From: Eledone cirrhosa
Lineage: Eukaryota
Length of the DNA: 64,000 nucleotides
Reading direction: 5' to 3'
Assembly: GCA_964016885.1 (NCBI GenBank)
Contig: OZ024741.1
Span: 258,292,001 to 258,356,000, forward strand
Shown: one piece after another, positions 1-13,595 of the stretch
Numbering within the stretch: position 1 is the first letter of the stretch
Layout: every line of letters starts with the position of its first letter
Notes under the pieces: model-generated
The model's database searches: none
What the model saw: only the letters and a program-made list of their open reading frames with translations
What the model was told of the DNA's origin: nothing
Made by a program: the position numbers and the translations under genes

Positions 1-70
1 TTACGGGTGTTTCGACTTACGAATGTTTTTGCTTACGAGTGTTTCGGCTTACGAGTGTTTCGACTTACGA

Positions 71-139
71 AAATAACAAATAGACGCGGTTTCAAATCTC
101 TATGCTTTTCAAATTCATTACATTAATCTTTATTTACAC
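71..139 (+). repeat. 69-bp AT-rich interspersed element, copy 1 (TACAC subtype)
   Basis: AAATAACAAATAGACGCGG...TATTTACAC lies between GACTTACGA and GTTTCGCTTTACGAG. Confidence 0.95.
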
Positions 140-821
140 GTTTCGCTTTACGAGTGTTTCGACTTACGAGTGTTTCGACTTACGAGTGTTTCGACTTACG
201 AGTGTTTCGACTTACGAGTGTTTCGACTTACGAGTGTTCTGACTTACGAGTGTTCTGACTTACGAGTGTTTCGACTTACGAGTGTTCTGACTTACGAGTG
301 TTCTGACTTACGAATGTTCCGACTTACGAGTGTTTCGACTTACGAGTGTTTCGACTTACGAGTGTTTCGACTTACGAGTGTTTCGGCTTACGAGTGTTTT
401 GACTTACGAGTGTTCTGACTACGAGTGTTCTGACTTATGAGTGTTTCGGCTTATGAGTGTTTCGACTTACGAGTGTTTCGGCTTATGAGTGTTTCGTCTT
501 ACGAGTGTTTCGGCTTACGAGTGTTTCGACTTACGAGTGTTTCGACTTACGAGTGTTTCGACTTACGGGTGTTTCGACTTACGAGTGTATCGACTACGAG
601 TGTTTCGACTTACGAGTGTTTCGGCTTACGAGTGTTTCGACATACGGGTGTTTCGACTTACGGTGTTTCGGCTTACGAGTGTTTAGATACGAGTGTTCTG
701 ACTTACGAGTGTTCTGACTTACGAGTGTTCTGACTTACGAGTGTTCTGACTTACGAGTGTTCCGACTTTACGAGTGTTTCGGCTCACGAGTCTTTCGGCT
801 TACGAGTGTTTCGACTTACGA

Positions 822-890
822 AAATAACAAATAGACGCGGTTTCAAATCTCTATGCTTTTCAAATTCGTTACATTAATCTTTATTTATAC
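822..890 (+). repeat. 69-bp element, copy 2 (TTCGTT subtype)
   Basis: Direct match to the element, with AAATTCGTTAC variant. Confidence 0.95.
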
Positions 891-2420
891 GTTTCGCTTT
901 ACGAGTGTTTCGACTTACGAGTGTTTCGACATACGAGTGTTTCGGCTTACGAGTGTTTTAATTTACGAGTGTTTTGAATTACGGGTGCTTCGACTTACGC
1001 GTGTTTCGACTTACGAGTGTTTCGACTTACGAGTGTTTCGACTTACGAGTGATTCGACTTACGAATGTTTTGACTTACGGGTGTTTCGGCGTACGAGTCT
1101 TTTGACTTACGAGTGTTTCGACTTACGAGTGTTTTGACTTACGAATGTTCTGACTTACGGGTGTTTCGGCTTACGAGTGTTTCGACTTAGGAGTGTTTCG
1201 GTGGCGAGTGTTTCGACTTACGAGTGTTTTGACTTAAGGGTGTTTCGACTTACGAGTGTTTCGACTTACGAGTGTTTCGACTTACGAGTGTTTCGGCTTA
1301 CGAGTGTTTTGACTTAAGGGTGTTTCGACTTACGAGTGTTTCGATACGAGTGTTTCGACTTACGAGTGTTCTGACTTACGATTGTTCTGACTTACGAGCG
1401 TTCTGACTTACGAGTGTTCTGACTTACGAGTGTTTCGGCTTACGAGTGTTTCGGCTTACGAGTGTTTCGACTTACGAGTGTTTCGACTTATGAGTGTTCC
1501 GACTTACGGGTGTTTCGACTTACGAGTGTTTCGACTTACGAGTGTTTTGACTTACGAGTGTTTCGACTTACGAGTGTTTCGACTTACGAGTGTTTCGACT
1601 TACGAGTGTTTTGACTTACGAGTGTTCTGACTTACGAGTGTTTCGGCTTACGAGTGTTTCGGCTTACGAGTGTTTCGACTTACGAGTGTTTCGACTTACG
1701 AGTGTTTTGACTTACGAGTGTTCTGACTTACGAGTGTTCTGACTTACGAGTGTTTCGACTTACGAGTGTTCTGACTTACGAGTGTTCTGACTTACGAATG
1801 TTCCGACTTACGAGTGTTTCGACTTACGAGTGTTTCGACTTACGAGTGTTTCGACTTACGAGTGTTTCGACTTACGAGTGTTTTGACTTACGAGTGTTCT
1901 GACTTACGAGTGTTCTGACTTACGAGTGTTTCGACTTACGAGTGTTCTGACTTACGAGTGTTCTGACTTACGAATGTTCCGACTTACGAGTGTTTCGACT
2001 TACGAGTGTTCTGACTTACGAGTGTTTCGGCTTACGAGTGTTTCGGCTTACGAGTGTTTCGACTTACGAGTGTTTCGACTTACGAGTGTTCCGACTTACG
2101 GGTGTTTCGACTTACGAGTGTTTTGGCTTATAGTGTTTCGGCTTACGAGTTTTTCGAGTTAAGAGTGTTTTGACTTACGCGTGTTTTGACATACGAGTGT
2201 TCTGACTTACGAGTGTTCTGACTTACGAGTGTTCTGACTTACGAGTGTTCTGACTTACGAGTGTTCTGACATACGTGTGTTCTGAGTTACGAGTGTTCCG
2301 ATTTACGAGTGTTTCGGCATATGAGTGTTTCGACTTACGGATGTTTTTGCTTACGGGTGTTTCGACTTACGAATGTTTTTGCTTACGAGTGTTTCGGCTT
2401 ACGAGTGTTTCGACTTACGA

Positions 2421-2489
2421 AAATAACAAATAGACGCGGTTTCAAATCTCTATGCTTTTCAAATTCATTACATTAATCTTTATTTACAC
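2421..2489 (+). repeat. 69-bp element, copy 3 (TACAC subtype)
   Basis: Direct match. Confidence 0.95.
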
Positions 2490-3441
2490 GTTTCGCTTTA
2501 CGAGTGTTTCGACTTACGAGTGTTTCGACTTACGAGTGTTTCGACTTACGAGTGTTTCGACTTACGAGTGTTTCGACTTACGAGTGTTCTGACTTACGAG
2601 TGTTCTGACTTACGAGTGTTTCGACTTACGAGTGTTCTGACTTACGAGTGTTCTGACTTACGAATGTTCCGACTTACGAGTGTTTCGACTTACGAGTGTT
2701 TCGACTTACGAGTGTTTCGACTTACGAGTGTTTTGACTTACGAGTGTTCTGTCTACGAGTGTTCTGACTTACGAGTGTTTCGACTTACGAGTGTTCTGAC
2801 TTACGAGTGTTCTGACTTACGAGTGTTTTGAATTACGAGTGCTTAGACCTACGAGTGTTTCGACTTACGAGTGTTTCGGCTTACGAGTGTTTTGACTTAC
2901 GAGTGTTCTGTCTACGAGTGTTCTGACTTACGAGTGTTTCGGCTTATGAGTGTTTCGACTTACGAGTGTTTCGGCTTATGAGTGTTTCGACTTACGAGTG
3001 TTTCGACTTACGAGTGTTTCGACTTACGAGTGTTTCGACTTACGGGTGTTTCGACTTACGATTGTTTCGACTACGAGTGTTTCGACTTACGGTGTTTCAG
3101 CTTACGAGTGTTTCGATGCGAGTGTTCTGACTTACGAGTGTTTTGACTTACGAGTGTTCTGAATTACGAGTGTTCCGACTTTACGAGTGTTTCGGCTCAC
3201 GAGTGTTTCGGCTTACGAGTGTTTCGACTTACGAGTGTTTCGACTTACGATTGTTTTGACTTACGGGTGTTTTGACATACGAGTGTTTCGATACGAGTGT
3301 TTCGACTTACGAGTGTTCTGACTTACGAGTGTTCTGACTTACGTGTGTTCTGACTTACGAGTGTTCTGATTTACGAGTGTTCCGACTTTACGAGTGTTTC
3401 GGCTCACGAGTGTTTCGGCTTACGAGTGTTTCGACTTACAA

Positions 3442-3510
3442 AAATAACAAATAGACGCGGTTTCAAATCTCTATGCTTTTCAAATTCATTACATTAATCT
3501 TTATTTATAC
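3442..3510 (+). repeat. 69-bp element, copy 4 (TATAC consensus)
   Basis: Direct match. Confidence 0.95.
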
Positions 3511-6186
3511 GTTTCGCTTTACGAGTGTTTCGACTTACGAGTGTTTCGACATACGAGTGTTTCGGCTTACGAGTGTTTTGATTTACGAGTGTTTTGACTT
3601 ACGGGTGCTTCGACTTACGCGTGTTTCGACTTACGAGTGTTTCGACTTACGAGTGTTTCGACTTACGAGTGTTTCGGCTTACGAGTGTTTTGACTTACGA
3701 ATGTTTTGACTTACGATTGTTTCGGCTTACGAGTGTTTCGACTTACGAGTGTTCTGACTACGAGTGTTCTGACTTACGGGTGTTCTGACTTACGAGTGTT
3801 CCGACTTACGAGTGTTTCGGCTTATGAGTGTTTCGGCTTACGGGTGTTTCGACTTACGAATGTTTTTGCTTACGAGTGTTTCGGCTTACGAGTGTTTCGG
3901 CTTATGAGTGTTTCGACTTACGAGTGTTTTGACTTACGGGTGATTTGACATACGAGTGTTTCGATACGAGTGTTCTGACTTACGAGTGTTTCCGCTTACG
4001 AGTGTTTCGGCTTACGAGTGTTTCGACTTACTAATGTTTTTACTTACGAGTGTTTCGGTGTACGAGTTTTTCGACTTAAGGATGTTTCGACTTACGAGTG
4101 TTTCGACTTACGAGTGTTTCGACTTACGAGTGTTTTGGCTTACGAATGTTTTGACTTACGGGTGTTTCGACTTACGGGTGTTTCGGTTTAAGAGTATTTC
4201 GACTTACGAGTGTTTTGACTTACGAGTGTTCTGATTTACGAGTGTTCTGACTTATGAGTGTTCCGACTTACGAGTGTTCCGACTTACGAGTGTTTCGGCT
4301 TACGAGTGTTTCGGCTTAAGAGTGTTTCGGCTTACGAGTGTTTTGACTTACGAGTGTTCTGACTACGAGTGTTCTGACTTACGGGTGTTCTGACTTACGA
4401 GTGTTCCGACTTACGAGTGTTTCGGATTATGAGTGTTTCGACTTACGGGCGTTTCGACTTACGGGTGTTTCGACTTACGAGTGTTTTGACTTACGAGTGT
4501 TCTGACTTACGAGTGTTCTGACTTACGAGTGTTCCGACTTACGACTGTTTCGACTTACGAGTGTTTTGACTTACGAGTGTTCCGACTTACGAGTGTTTCG
4601 GCTTACGGGTGTTTCGACGTACGAGTATTTTTGGCTTACGAGTGTTTCGACTTACGAGTGTTTTGAATTACGATTGTTTCGGCTTACGAGTGTTTCGACT
4701 TACGAGTATTTCGACTTACGAGTGTTTTGACTTATAGGTGTTTTGACATACGAGTGTTTCGATACGAATGCTCTGACTTACGAGTGTTCTGACTTACGAG
4801 TGTTCTGACTTACGAGTGTTCTGATTTACGGGTGTTCTGACTTACGTGTGTTCCGACTTACGAGTGTTTCGGCTATGGGTGTTTCGACTTACGAGTGTTT
4901 CGACTTACGAATGTTTTGGCTTACGAGTGTTTCGGCTTACGAATGTTTCGACTTACGAATGTTTTGGCTTACGAGTGTTTCCGCTTACGGGTGTTTCGAC
5001 ATACGAGTGTTTCGACTTACGAGTGTTTTGACTTACGGTGTTTCGGCTTACGAGTTATTCGACATACGAGTGTTTCGATTTACGGGTGTTTCGACTTACG
5101 GGTGTTTCGACTTACGAGCGTTTCGACTTATGAGTGTTTCGACTTACGAGTGTTCTGACTTACGAGTGTTCTGACTTACGAGTGTTCCGACTTACGAGTG
5201 TTTAGGTTTACGAGTGTTTCGACACATGAGTGTTTTGACTTACGGGTGTTTCGACTTACGGGTGTTTCGACTTACGAGTGTTTCGGCTTACGAGTGTTTC
5301 GACTTACTAATGTTTTTACTTACGAGTGTTTCGGTGTACGAGTGTTTCGACAGAAGGATGTTTCGATTTACGAGCGTTTCGACTTATGAGTGTTTCGACT
5401 TACGAGTGTTCTGACTTGCGGGTGTTCTAATTTACGAGTGTTCCGACTTACGAGTGTTTCGGCTTATGAGTGTTTCGACTTACGAGTGTTTCGGCTTACG
5501 AGTGTTTCGCCTTATGGGTGTTTCGACTTACGAGTGTTTTTACTTACGGTGTTTCGGCTACGAGTGTTTCGACATACGAGTGTTTTGACTTACGGGTGTT
5601 TCGACTTACGAGTGTTTTGACTTACGAATGTTTTGACTTACGGGTGTTTCGGCTTACGAGTGTTTCGACTTACGAGTGTTTCGGCTTACGAGTGTTTCGA
5701 CTTAATAATGTTTTTACTTACGAGTGTTTCGGCGTACGAGTGTTTCGACTTACGAGTGTTTCGACTTACGGGTGTTTTGACTTACGGGTGTTTCGGCTTA
5801 CGAGTATTTTGACTTAAGGGTGTTTCGACTTACGAGTATTTTTGGCTTACGAGTGTTTCTACTTACGAGTGTTTTGACTTACGAGTGTTCTGATTTACGG
5901 ATGTTTCGACATACGAGTGTTCAGATTTACGAGTGTTCCGACTTACGAGTGTTTCGGCTTACGAGTGTTTCGGCTTACGAGTGTTTCGACTTACGAGTGT
6001 TTCGACTTACTGGTGTTTTGACATACGAGTGTTTCGATACGACTGTTTCGACTTACGAGTGTTCTGACTTACGAGTGTTCTAACTTACGAGTGTTCTGAC
6101 TTACGAGTGTTCTGACTTACGAGTGTTCCGACTTACGAGTGTTTCGGCTCACGAGTGTTTCGGCTTACGAGTGTTTCGACTTACGA

Positions 6187-6255
6187 AAATAACAAATAGA
6201 CGCGGTTTCAAATCTCTATGCTTTTCAAATTCATTACATTAATCTTTATTTATAC
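6187..6255 (+). repeat. 69-bp element, copy 5 (TATAC consensus)
   Basis: Direct match. Confidence 0.95.
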
Positions 6256-6841
6256 GTTTCGCTTTACGAGTGTTTCGACTTACGAGTGTTTCGACTTACG
6301 AGTGTTTCGGCTTACGAGTGTTTTGACTTACGAGTGTTTTGACTTACATGTGTTTCGACTTACGCGTGTTTCGACTTACGAGTGTTTCGACTTACGAGTG
6401 TTTCGACTACGGGTGTTTCGACTTACGAATGTTTTGACTTACGGATGTTTTGACTTACGGGTGTTTCGGCTTACGAGTGTTTCGACTTACGAGTGTTTCG
6501 ACTTACGAGTGTTTTGACTTACGAGTGTTTTGACTTACGGTGTTTCGGCTTACGAGTGTTTCGACTTACGAGTGTTTTGACTTACGGGTGTTTTGACATA
6601 CGAGTGTTTCGATACGAGTGTTCTGACTTACGAGTGTTCTGACTTACGAGTGTTCTGACTTACGAGTGTTCTGACTTACGAGTGTTCTGACATACGTGTG
6701 TTCTGACTTACGAGTGTTCCGATTTACGAGTGTTTCGGCATATGAGTGTTTCGACTTACGAATGTTTTTGCTTACGGGTGTTTCGACTTACTAATGTTTT
6801 TGCTTACGAGTGTTTCGGCTTACGAGTGTTTCGACTTACGA

Positions 6842-6908
6842 AAATAACAAATAGACGCGGTTTCAAATCTCTGCTTTTCAAATTCATTACATTAATCTTT
6901 ATTTACAC
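6842..6908 (+). repeat. Element copy 6 (TACAC subtype, 2-bp deletion, 67 bp)
   Basis: TCTCTGCTTT instead of TCTCTATGCTTT. Confidence 0.95.
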
Positions 6909-7813
6909 GTTTCGCTTTACGAGTGTTTCGACTTACGCGTGTTTCGACTTACGAGTGTTTCGACTTACGAGTGTTTCGACTTACGAGTGTTTCGACTTAC
7001 GAGTGTTCTGAATAACGAGTGTTCTGATTACGAGTGTTTCGACTTACGAGTGTTCTGACTTAGGAGTGTTCTGACTTACGAGTGTTCCGACTTACGAGTG
7101 TTTCGACTTACGAGTGTTTCGACTTACGAGTGTTTCGACTTACGAGTGTTTCGGCTTACGAGTGTTTTGACTTACGAGTGTTCTGACTACGAGTGTTCTG
7201 ACTTACGAGTGTTTCGGCTTATGAGTGTTTCGACTTACGAGTGTTTCGGCTTATGAGTGTTTCGACTTACGAGTGTTTCGGCTTACGAGTGTTTCGACTT
7301 ACGAGTGTTTCGACTTACGAGTGTTTCGGCTTACGAGTGTTTCGACATACGGGTGTTTCGACTTACGGTGTTTCGGCTTACGAGTGTTTCGACTTACGAG
7401 TGTTCTGACTTACGAGTGTTCTGACTTATGAGTGTTCTGACTTACGAGTGTTCTGACTTACGAGTGTTCCGACTTACGAGTGTTTCGGCTTACGAGTGTT
7501 TCGGCTTACGAGTGTTTCGACTTACGAGTGTTCTGACTTACGAGTGTTCTGACTTATGAGTGTTCTGACTTACGAGTGTTCTGACTTACGAGTGTTTCGA
7601 CTTACGAGTGTTTCGACTTACGAGTGTTTTGACTTACTGGTGTTTTGACATACGAGTGTTTCGATACGAGTGTTTCGACTTACGAGTGTTCTGACTTACG
7701 AGTGTTCTAACTTACGAGTGTTCTGACTTACGGGTGTTCTGACTTACGAGTGTTCCGACTTACGAGTGTTTCGGCTCACGAGTGTTTCGGCTTACGAGTG
7801 TTTCGACTTACGA

Positions 7814-7882
7814 AAATAACAAATAGACGCGGTTTCAAATCTCTATGCTTTTCAAATTCATTACATTAATCTTTATTTATAC
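7814..7882 (+). repeat. 69-bp element, copy 7 (consensus)
   Basis: Direct match. Confidence 0.95.
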
Positions 7883-10800
7883 GTTTCGCTTTACGAGTGT
7901 TTCGACTTAGGAGTGTTTCGACTTACGAGTGTTTCGGCTTACGAGTGTTTCGACTTACGAGTGTTTCGACTTACGAGTGTTTTGACTTACTGGTGTTTTG
8001 ACATACGAGTGTTTCGATACGAGTGTTTCGACTTACGAGTGTTCTGACTTACGAGTGTTCTGACTTACGAGTGTTTCGACTTACGAGTGTTCTGACTTAG
8101 GAGTGTTCTGACTTACGAATGTTCCGACTTACGAGTGTTTCGACTTACGAGTGTTTTGACTTACGAGTGTTTCGACTTACGAGTGTTTCGGCTTACGAGT
8201 GTTTTGACTTACGAGTGTTCTGACTTACGAGTGTTTCGGCTTATGAGTGTTTCGACTTACGAGTGTTTCGGCTTATGAGTGTTTCGACTTACGAGTGTTT
8301 CGGCTTACGAGTGTTTCGACTTACGAGTGTTTCGACTTACGAGTGTTTCGACTTACGGGTGTTTCGACTTACGAGTGTTTCGACTACGAGTGTTTCGACT
8401 TACGAGTGTTTCGTCTTACGAGTGTTTCGACATACGGGTGTTTCGACTTACGGAGTTTCGGCTTACGAGTGTTTCGATACGAGTGTTCTGACTTACGAGT
8501 GTTCTGACTTACTAGTGTTCTGACTTACGAGTTTTCTGACTTACGGGTGTTCTGACTTACGTGTGTTCCGACTTACGAGTGTTTCGGCTATGGGTGTTTC
8601 GACTTACGAGTGTTTCGACTTACGAATGTTTTGGCTTACGAGTGTTTCGGCTTACGAGTGTTTCGATTTACGAATGTTTTGACTTACGGTGTTTCGGCTT
8701 ACGAGTTATTCGACATACGAGTGTTTCGACTTACGGGTGTTTCGACTTACGGGTGTTTCGACTTACGAGTGTTTCGATTTATGAGTGTTTCGACTTACGA
8801 GTGTTCTGACCTACGAGTGTTCTGACTTACGAGTGTTCCAACTTACGAGTGTTTCGGTTTACGAGTGTTTCGACACACGAGTGTTTTGACTTACGGGGGT
8901 TTCGACTTACGGGTGTTTCGACTTACGAGTGTTTCGGCTTACGAGTGGTTCGACTTAAGGATGTTTTGACTTACGAGTGTTTCGACTTACGAGTGTTTCG
9001 GCTTACGTGAGTTTCGACTTAAGGGTGTTTTGACTTACGGGTGTTGTGAATTACGAGTGTTCCGATTTACGAGTGTTTTGACTTACGGTGTTTCGGCTTA
9101 CGAGTTATTCGACTTACGAATGTTTTGACTTACGGGTGTTTCGGCTTGCGAGTGTTTCGACTTACGAGTGTTTCGGCTTATGAGTGTTTCGACTTACTAA
9201 TGTTTTTACTTACGAGTGTTTCGGCGTACGAGTGTTTTGACTTACGAGTGTTTCGACTTACGAGTGTTTTGACTTACGAATGTTTTGACTTACGGGTGTT
9301 TCGGCTTACGAGTCTTTCGACTTACGAGTGTTTCGGCTGGCGAGTGTTTCGACTTACGAGTGTTTTGACTTAAGGGTGTTTCGACTTACGAGTGTTTCGA
9401 CTTACGAGTGTTTCGATTTACGAGTGTTTCGGCTTACGAGTGTTTCGACTTAAGGGTGTTTCGACTTACGAGTGTTTCGATACGAGTGTTTCGACTTACG
9501 AGTGTTCTGACTTACGAATGTTCCGACTTACGAGTGTCTCGGCTTACGAGTGTTTCGGCTTACGAGTGTTTCGACTTACGAATGTTTTGACTTACGATTG
9601 TTTCGGCTTACGAGTGTTTCGACTTACGAGTGTTCTGACTACGAGTGTTCTGACTTACGGGTGTTTCGACTTACGAATGTTTTTACTTACGAGTGTTTCG
9701 GTGTACGAGTGTTTCGACTTAAGGATGTTTCGACTTACGAGTGTTTCGACTTACGAGCGTTTCGACTTACGAGTGTTTCGACTTACGAGTGTTTTGGCTT
9801 ACGAATGTTTTGACTTACGGGTGTTTCGACTTACGGGTGTTTCGGCTTACGAGTGTTTCGACTTACGAGTGTTTTGACTTACGAGTGTTCTGACTTACGA
9901 GTGTTCTGACTTATGAGTGTTCCGACTTACGAGTGTTCCGACTTACGAGTGTTTCGGCTTACGAGTGTTTCGGCTTACGAGTGTTTCGGCTTACGAGTGT
10001 TTTGACTTACGAGTGTTCTGACTACGAGTGTTCTGACTTACGGGTGTTCTGACTTACGAGTGTTCCGACTTACGAGTGTTTCGGCTTATGAGTATTCCGA
10101 CTTACGAGTGTTTTGACTTACGAGTATTCCGACTTACGAGTGTTTCGGCTTACGGGTGTTTCGACGTACGAGTATTTTTGGCTTACGAGTGTTTCGACTT
10201 ACGAGTGTTTTGAATTACGATTGTTTCGGCTTACGAGTGTTTCGACTTACGAGTATTTCGACTTACGAGTGTTTTGACTTATGGGTGTTTTGACATACGA
10301 GTGTTTCGATACGAATGCTCTGACTTACGAGTGTTCTGACTTACGAGTGTTCTGACTTACGAGTGTTCTGACTTACGGGTGTTCTGACTTACGTGTGTTC
10401 CGACTTACGAGTGTTTCGGCTATGGGTGTTTCGACTTACGAGTGTTTCGACTTACGAATATTTTGGCTTACGAGTGTTTCGGCTTACGAGTGTTTCGACT
10501 TACGAATGTTTTGGCTTACGAGTGTTTCGGCTTACGGGTGTTTCGACTTACGAGTGTTTCGACTTACGAGTGTTTTGACTTACGGTGTTTCGGCTTACGA
10601 GTTATTCGACATACGAGTCTTTCGACACACGAGTGTTTTGACTTACGGGGGTTTCGACTTACGGGTGTTTCGACTTACGAGTGTTTCGGCTTACGAGTGT
10701 TTCGACTTACTAATGTTTTTACTTACGAGTGTTTCGGTGTACGAGTGTTTCGACTTAAGGATGTTTCGACTTACGAGTGTTTCGACTTACGAGTGTTTCG

Positions 10801-12330
10801 GCTTACGTGAGTTTCGACTTAAGGGTGTTTTGACTTACGGGTGTTGTGAATTACGAGTGTTCCGATTTACGAGTGTTTTGACTTACGGTGTTTCGGCTTA
10901 CGAGTTATTCGACTTACGAATGTTTTGACTTACGGGTGTTTTGGCTTGCGAGTGTTTCGACTTACAAGTGTTTCGGCTTATGAGTGTTTCGACTTACTAA
11001 TGTTTTTACTTAAGAGTGTTTCGGCGTACGAGTGTTTTGACTTACGAGTGTTTCGACTTACGAGTGTTTTGACTTACGAATGTTTTGACTTACGGGTGTT
11101 TCGGCTTACGAGTCTTTCGACTTATGAGTGTTTCGGCTGGCAAGTGTTTCGACTTACGAGTGTTTTGACTTACGAGTGTTTCGACTTACGAGTGTTTTGA
11201 CTTACGAGTGTTTCGACTTACGAGTGTTTTGACTTAAGGGTGTTTCGACTTACGAGTGTTTCGATACGAGTGTTTCGACTTACGAGTGTTTTGGCTTACG
11301 GTGTTTCGACTTACGAGTGTTTCGGCTTACGAGTGTTTTGACTTAAGGGTGTTTCGACTTACGAGTGTTTCGATACGAGTGTTTCGATTTACGAGTGTTT
11401 CGGCTTACGAGTGTTTCGACTTACGAGTATTCTGATTTACGGATGTTTCGACATACGAGTGTTTCGACTTACGAGTGTTTCGACTTACGAGTGTTTTGAC
11501 TTACGGGTGTTTTGACATACGAGTGTTTCGATACGAGTGTTTCGACTTACGAGTGTTCTGACTTACGATTGTTCTGACTTACGAGCGTTCTGACTTACGA
11601 GTGTTTCGGCTTACAAGTGATTCGACTTACGAATGTTTTGACTTACGGGTGTTTCGGCTTGCGAGTGTTTCGACTTACGAGTGTTTCGGCTTGCGAGTGT
11701 TTCGACTTACTAATGATTTTACTTACGAGTGTTTCGGCGTACGAGTGTTTCGACTTACGAGTGTTTCGACTTACGGGTGTTTTGACTTAAGGTGTTTCGG
11801 CTTACGAGTGTTTCGACTTACGAGTGTTTTGACTAAAGGGTGTTTCGACTTACGAGTGTTTCGACTTACGAGTGTTTCGACTTACGAGTGTTTCGGATTA
11901 CGAGTGTTTTGACTTGAGGGTTTTCGACTTACGAGTGTTTCGATACGAGTGTTTCGACTTACGAGTGTTCTGACTTACGAGTGTTCTGACTTACAAGTGT
12001 TCTTACTTACGAGTGTTCCGACTTACGAGTGTTCCGACTTACGAGTGTTTCGGCTTACGAGTGTTTCGGCTTGCGAGTGTTTCGACTTACGAGTGTTCCG
12101 ACTTACGGGTGTTTCGACTTACGAGTGTTTTGGCTTACGGTGTTTCGGCTTACGAGTGTTTCGAGTTACGAGAGTTTTGACTTACGCGTGTTTTGACATA
12201 CGAGTGTTTCGATACGAGTGTTCTGACTTACGAGTGTTCTGACTTACGAGTGTTCTGACTTACGAGTGTTCCGACTTTACGAGTGTTTCGGCTCACGAGT
12301 GTTTAGGCTTACGAGTGTTTCGACTTACGA

Positions 12331-12399
12331 AAATAACAAATAGACGCGGTTTCAAATCTCTATGCTTTTCAAATTCATTACATTAATCTTTATTCATAC
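12331..12399 (+). repeat. 69-bp element, copy 8 (TTCATAC subtype)
   Basis: Direct match, ending TATTCATAC. Confidence 0.95.
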
Positions 12400-13526
12400 G
12401 TTTCGCTTTACGAGTGTTTCGACTTACGAGTGTTTCGACATACGAGTGTTTCGGCTTACGAGTGTTTTGATTTACAAGTGTTTTGACTTACGGGTGCTTC
12501 GACTTACGCGTGTTTCGACTTACGAGTGTTTCGACTTACGAGTGTTTCGACTTACGAGTGTTTCGGCTTACGAGTGTTTTGACTTACGAGTGTTTCGGCT
12601 GGCGAGTGTTTCGACTTACGAGTGTTTTGACTTAAGGGTGTTTCGACTTACGAGTGTTTCGACTTACGAGTGTTTCGACTTACGAGTGTTTCGGCTTACG
12701 AGTGTTTTGACTTAAGGGTGTTTCGACTTACGAGTGTTTCGATACGAGTGTTTCGACTTACGAGTGTTCTGACTTACGAGTGTTCCGACTTACGAGTGTC
12801 TCGGCTTACGAGTGTTTCGGCTTACGAGTGTTTCGACTTACGAGTGTTTCGACTTACGAGTGTTCCGACTTACGTGTGTTTCGACTTACGAGTGTTTTGG
12901 CTTACGGTGATTCGACTTACGAGTGTTTCGGCTTACGAGTGTTTTGACTTAAGGGTGTTTCGACTTACGACTGTTTCGATACGAGTGTTTCGACTTACGA
13001 GTGTTTCGGCTTACGAGTGTTTCGACTTACGAGTGTTTCGACTTACGAGTGTTCTGATTTACGGATGTTTCGACATACGAGTATTTCGACTTACGAGTGT
13101 TTCGACTTACGAGTGTTTTGACTTACGTGTGTTTTGACATACGAGTGTTTCGATACGAGTGTTTCGACTTACGAGTGTTCTGACTTACGATTGTTCTGAC
13201 TTACGAGCGTTCTGACTTACGAGTGTTTCGGCTTACGAGTGTTTCGGCTTACGAGTGTTTCGACTTACGAGTGTTTCGACTTACGAGTGTTCCGACTTAC
13301 GGGTGTTTCGACTTACGAGTGTTTTGGCTTACGGTGTTTCGACTTACGAGTGTTTCGAGTTAAGAGTGTTTTGACTTACGCGTGTTTTGACATACGAGTG
13401 TTCTGACTTACGAGTGTTCTGACTTACGAGTGTTCTGACTTACGAGTGTTCTGACTTACGAGTGTTCCGACTTTACGAGTGTTTCGGCTCACGAGTGTTT
13501 CGGCTTACGAGTGTTTCGACTTACGA

Positions 13527-13595
13527 AAATAACAAATAGACGCGGTTTCAAATCTCTATGCTTTTCAAATTCATTACATTAATCTTTATTTATAC
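13527..13595 (+). repeat. 69-bp element, copy 9 (consensus)
   Basis: Direct match. Confidence 0.95.

Noticed and set aside
68-145. Element as a MITE or hairpin (CGAAA...TTTCG, AAATAA...TTATTT, ATAGA...TCTAT inverted matches)
   Set aside because: These are only 5-6-bp AT-rich matches, partly contributed by the monomer. There is no TSD and the insertion site is invariant.
557-569. CENP-B-box-like TTCGACTTACGGG variant
   Set aside because: The functional box needs TTCG-N4-A-N2-CGGG. Here the two bases between A and CGGG are missing.
853-1137. ATG-initiated ORFs MLFKFITLIFIYTFRF... starting in the element, resembling a signal peptide plus repeat protein
   Set aside because: The hydrophobicity follows from T-rich DNA. 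Lengths vary arbitrarily, and copies at 6842 and 36659 lose the ATG while the copy at 57864 is frameshifted. There is no evidence of coding constraint, and ribosome profiling would be needed to revive the idea.
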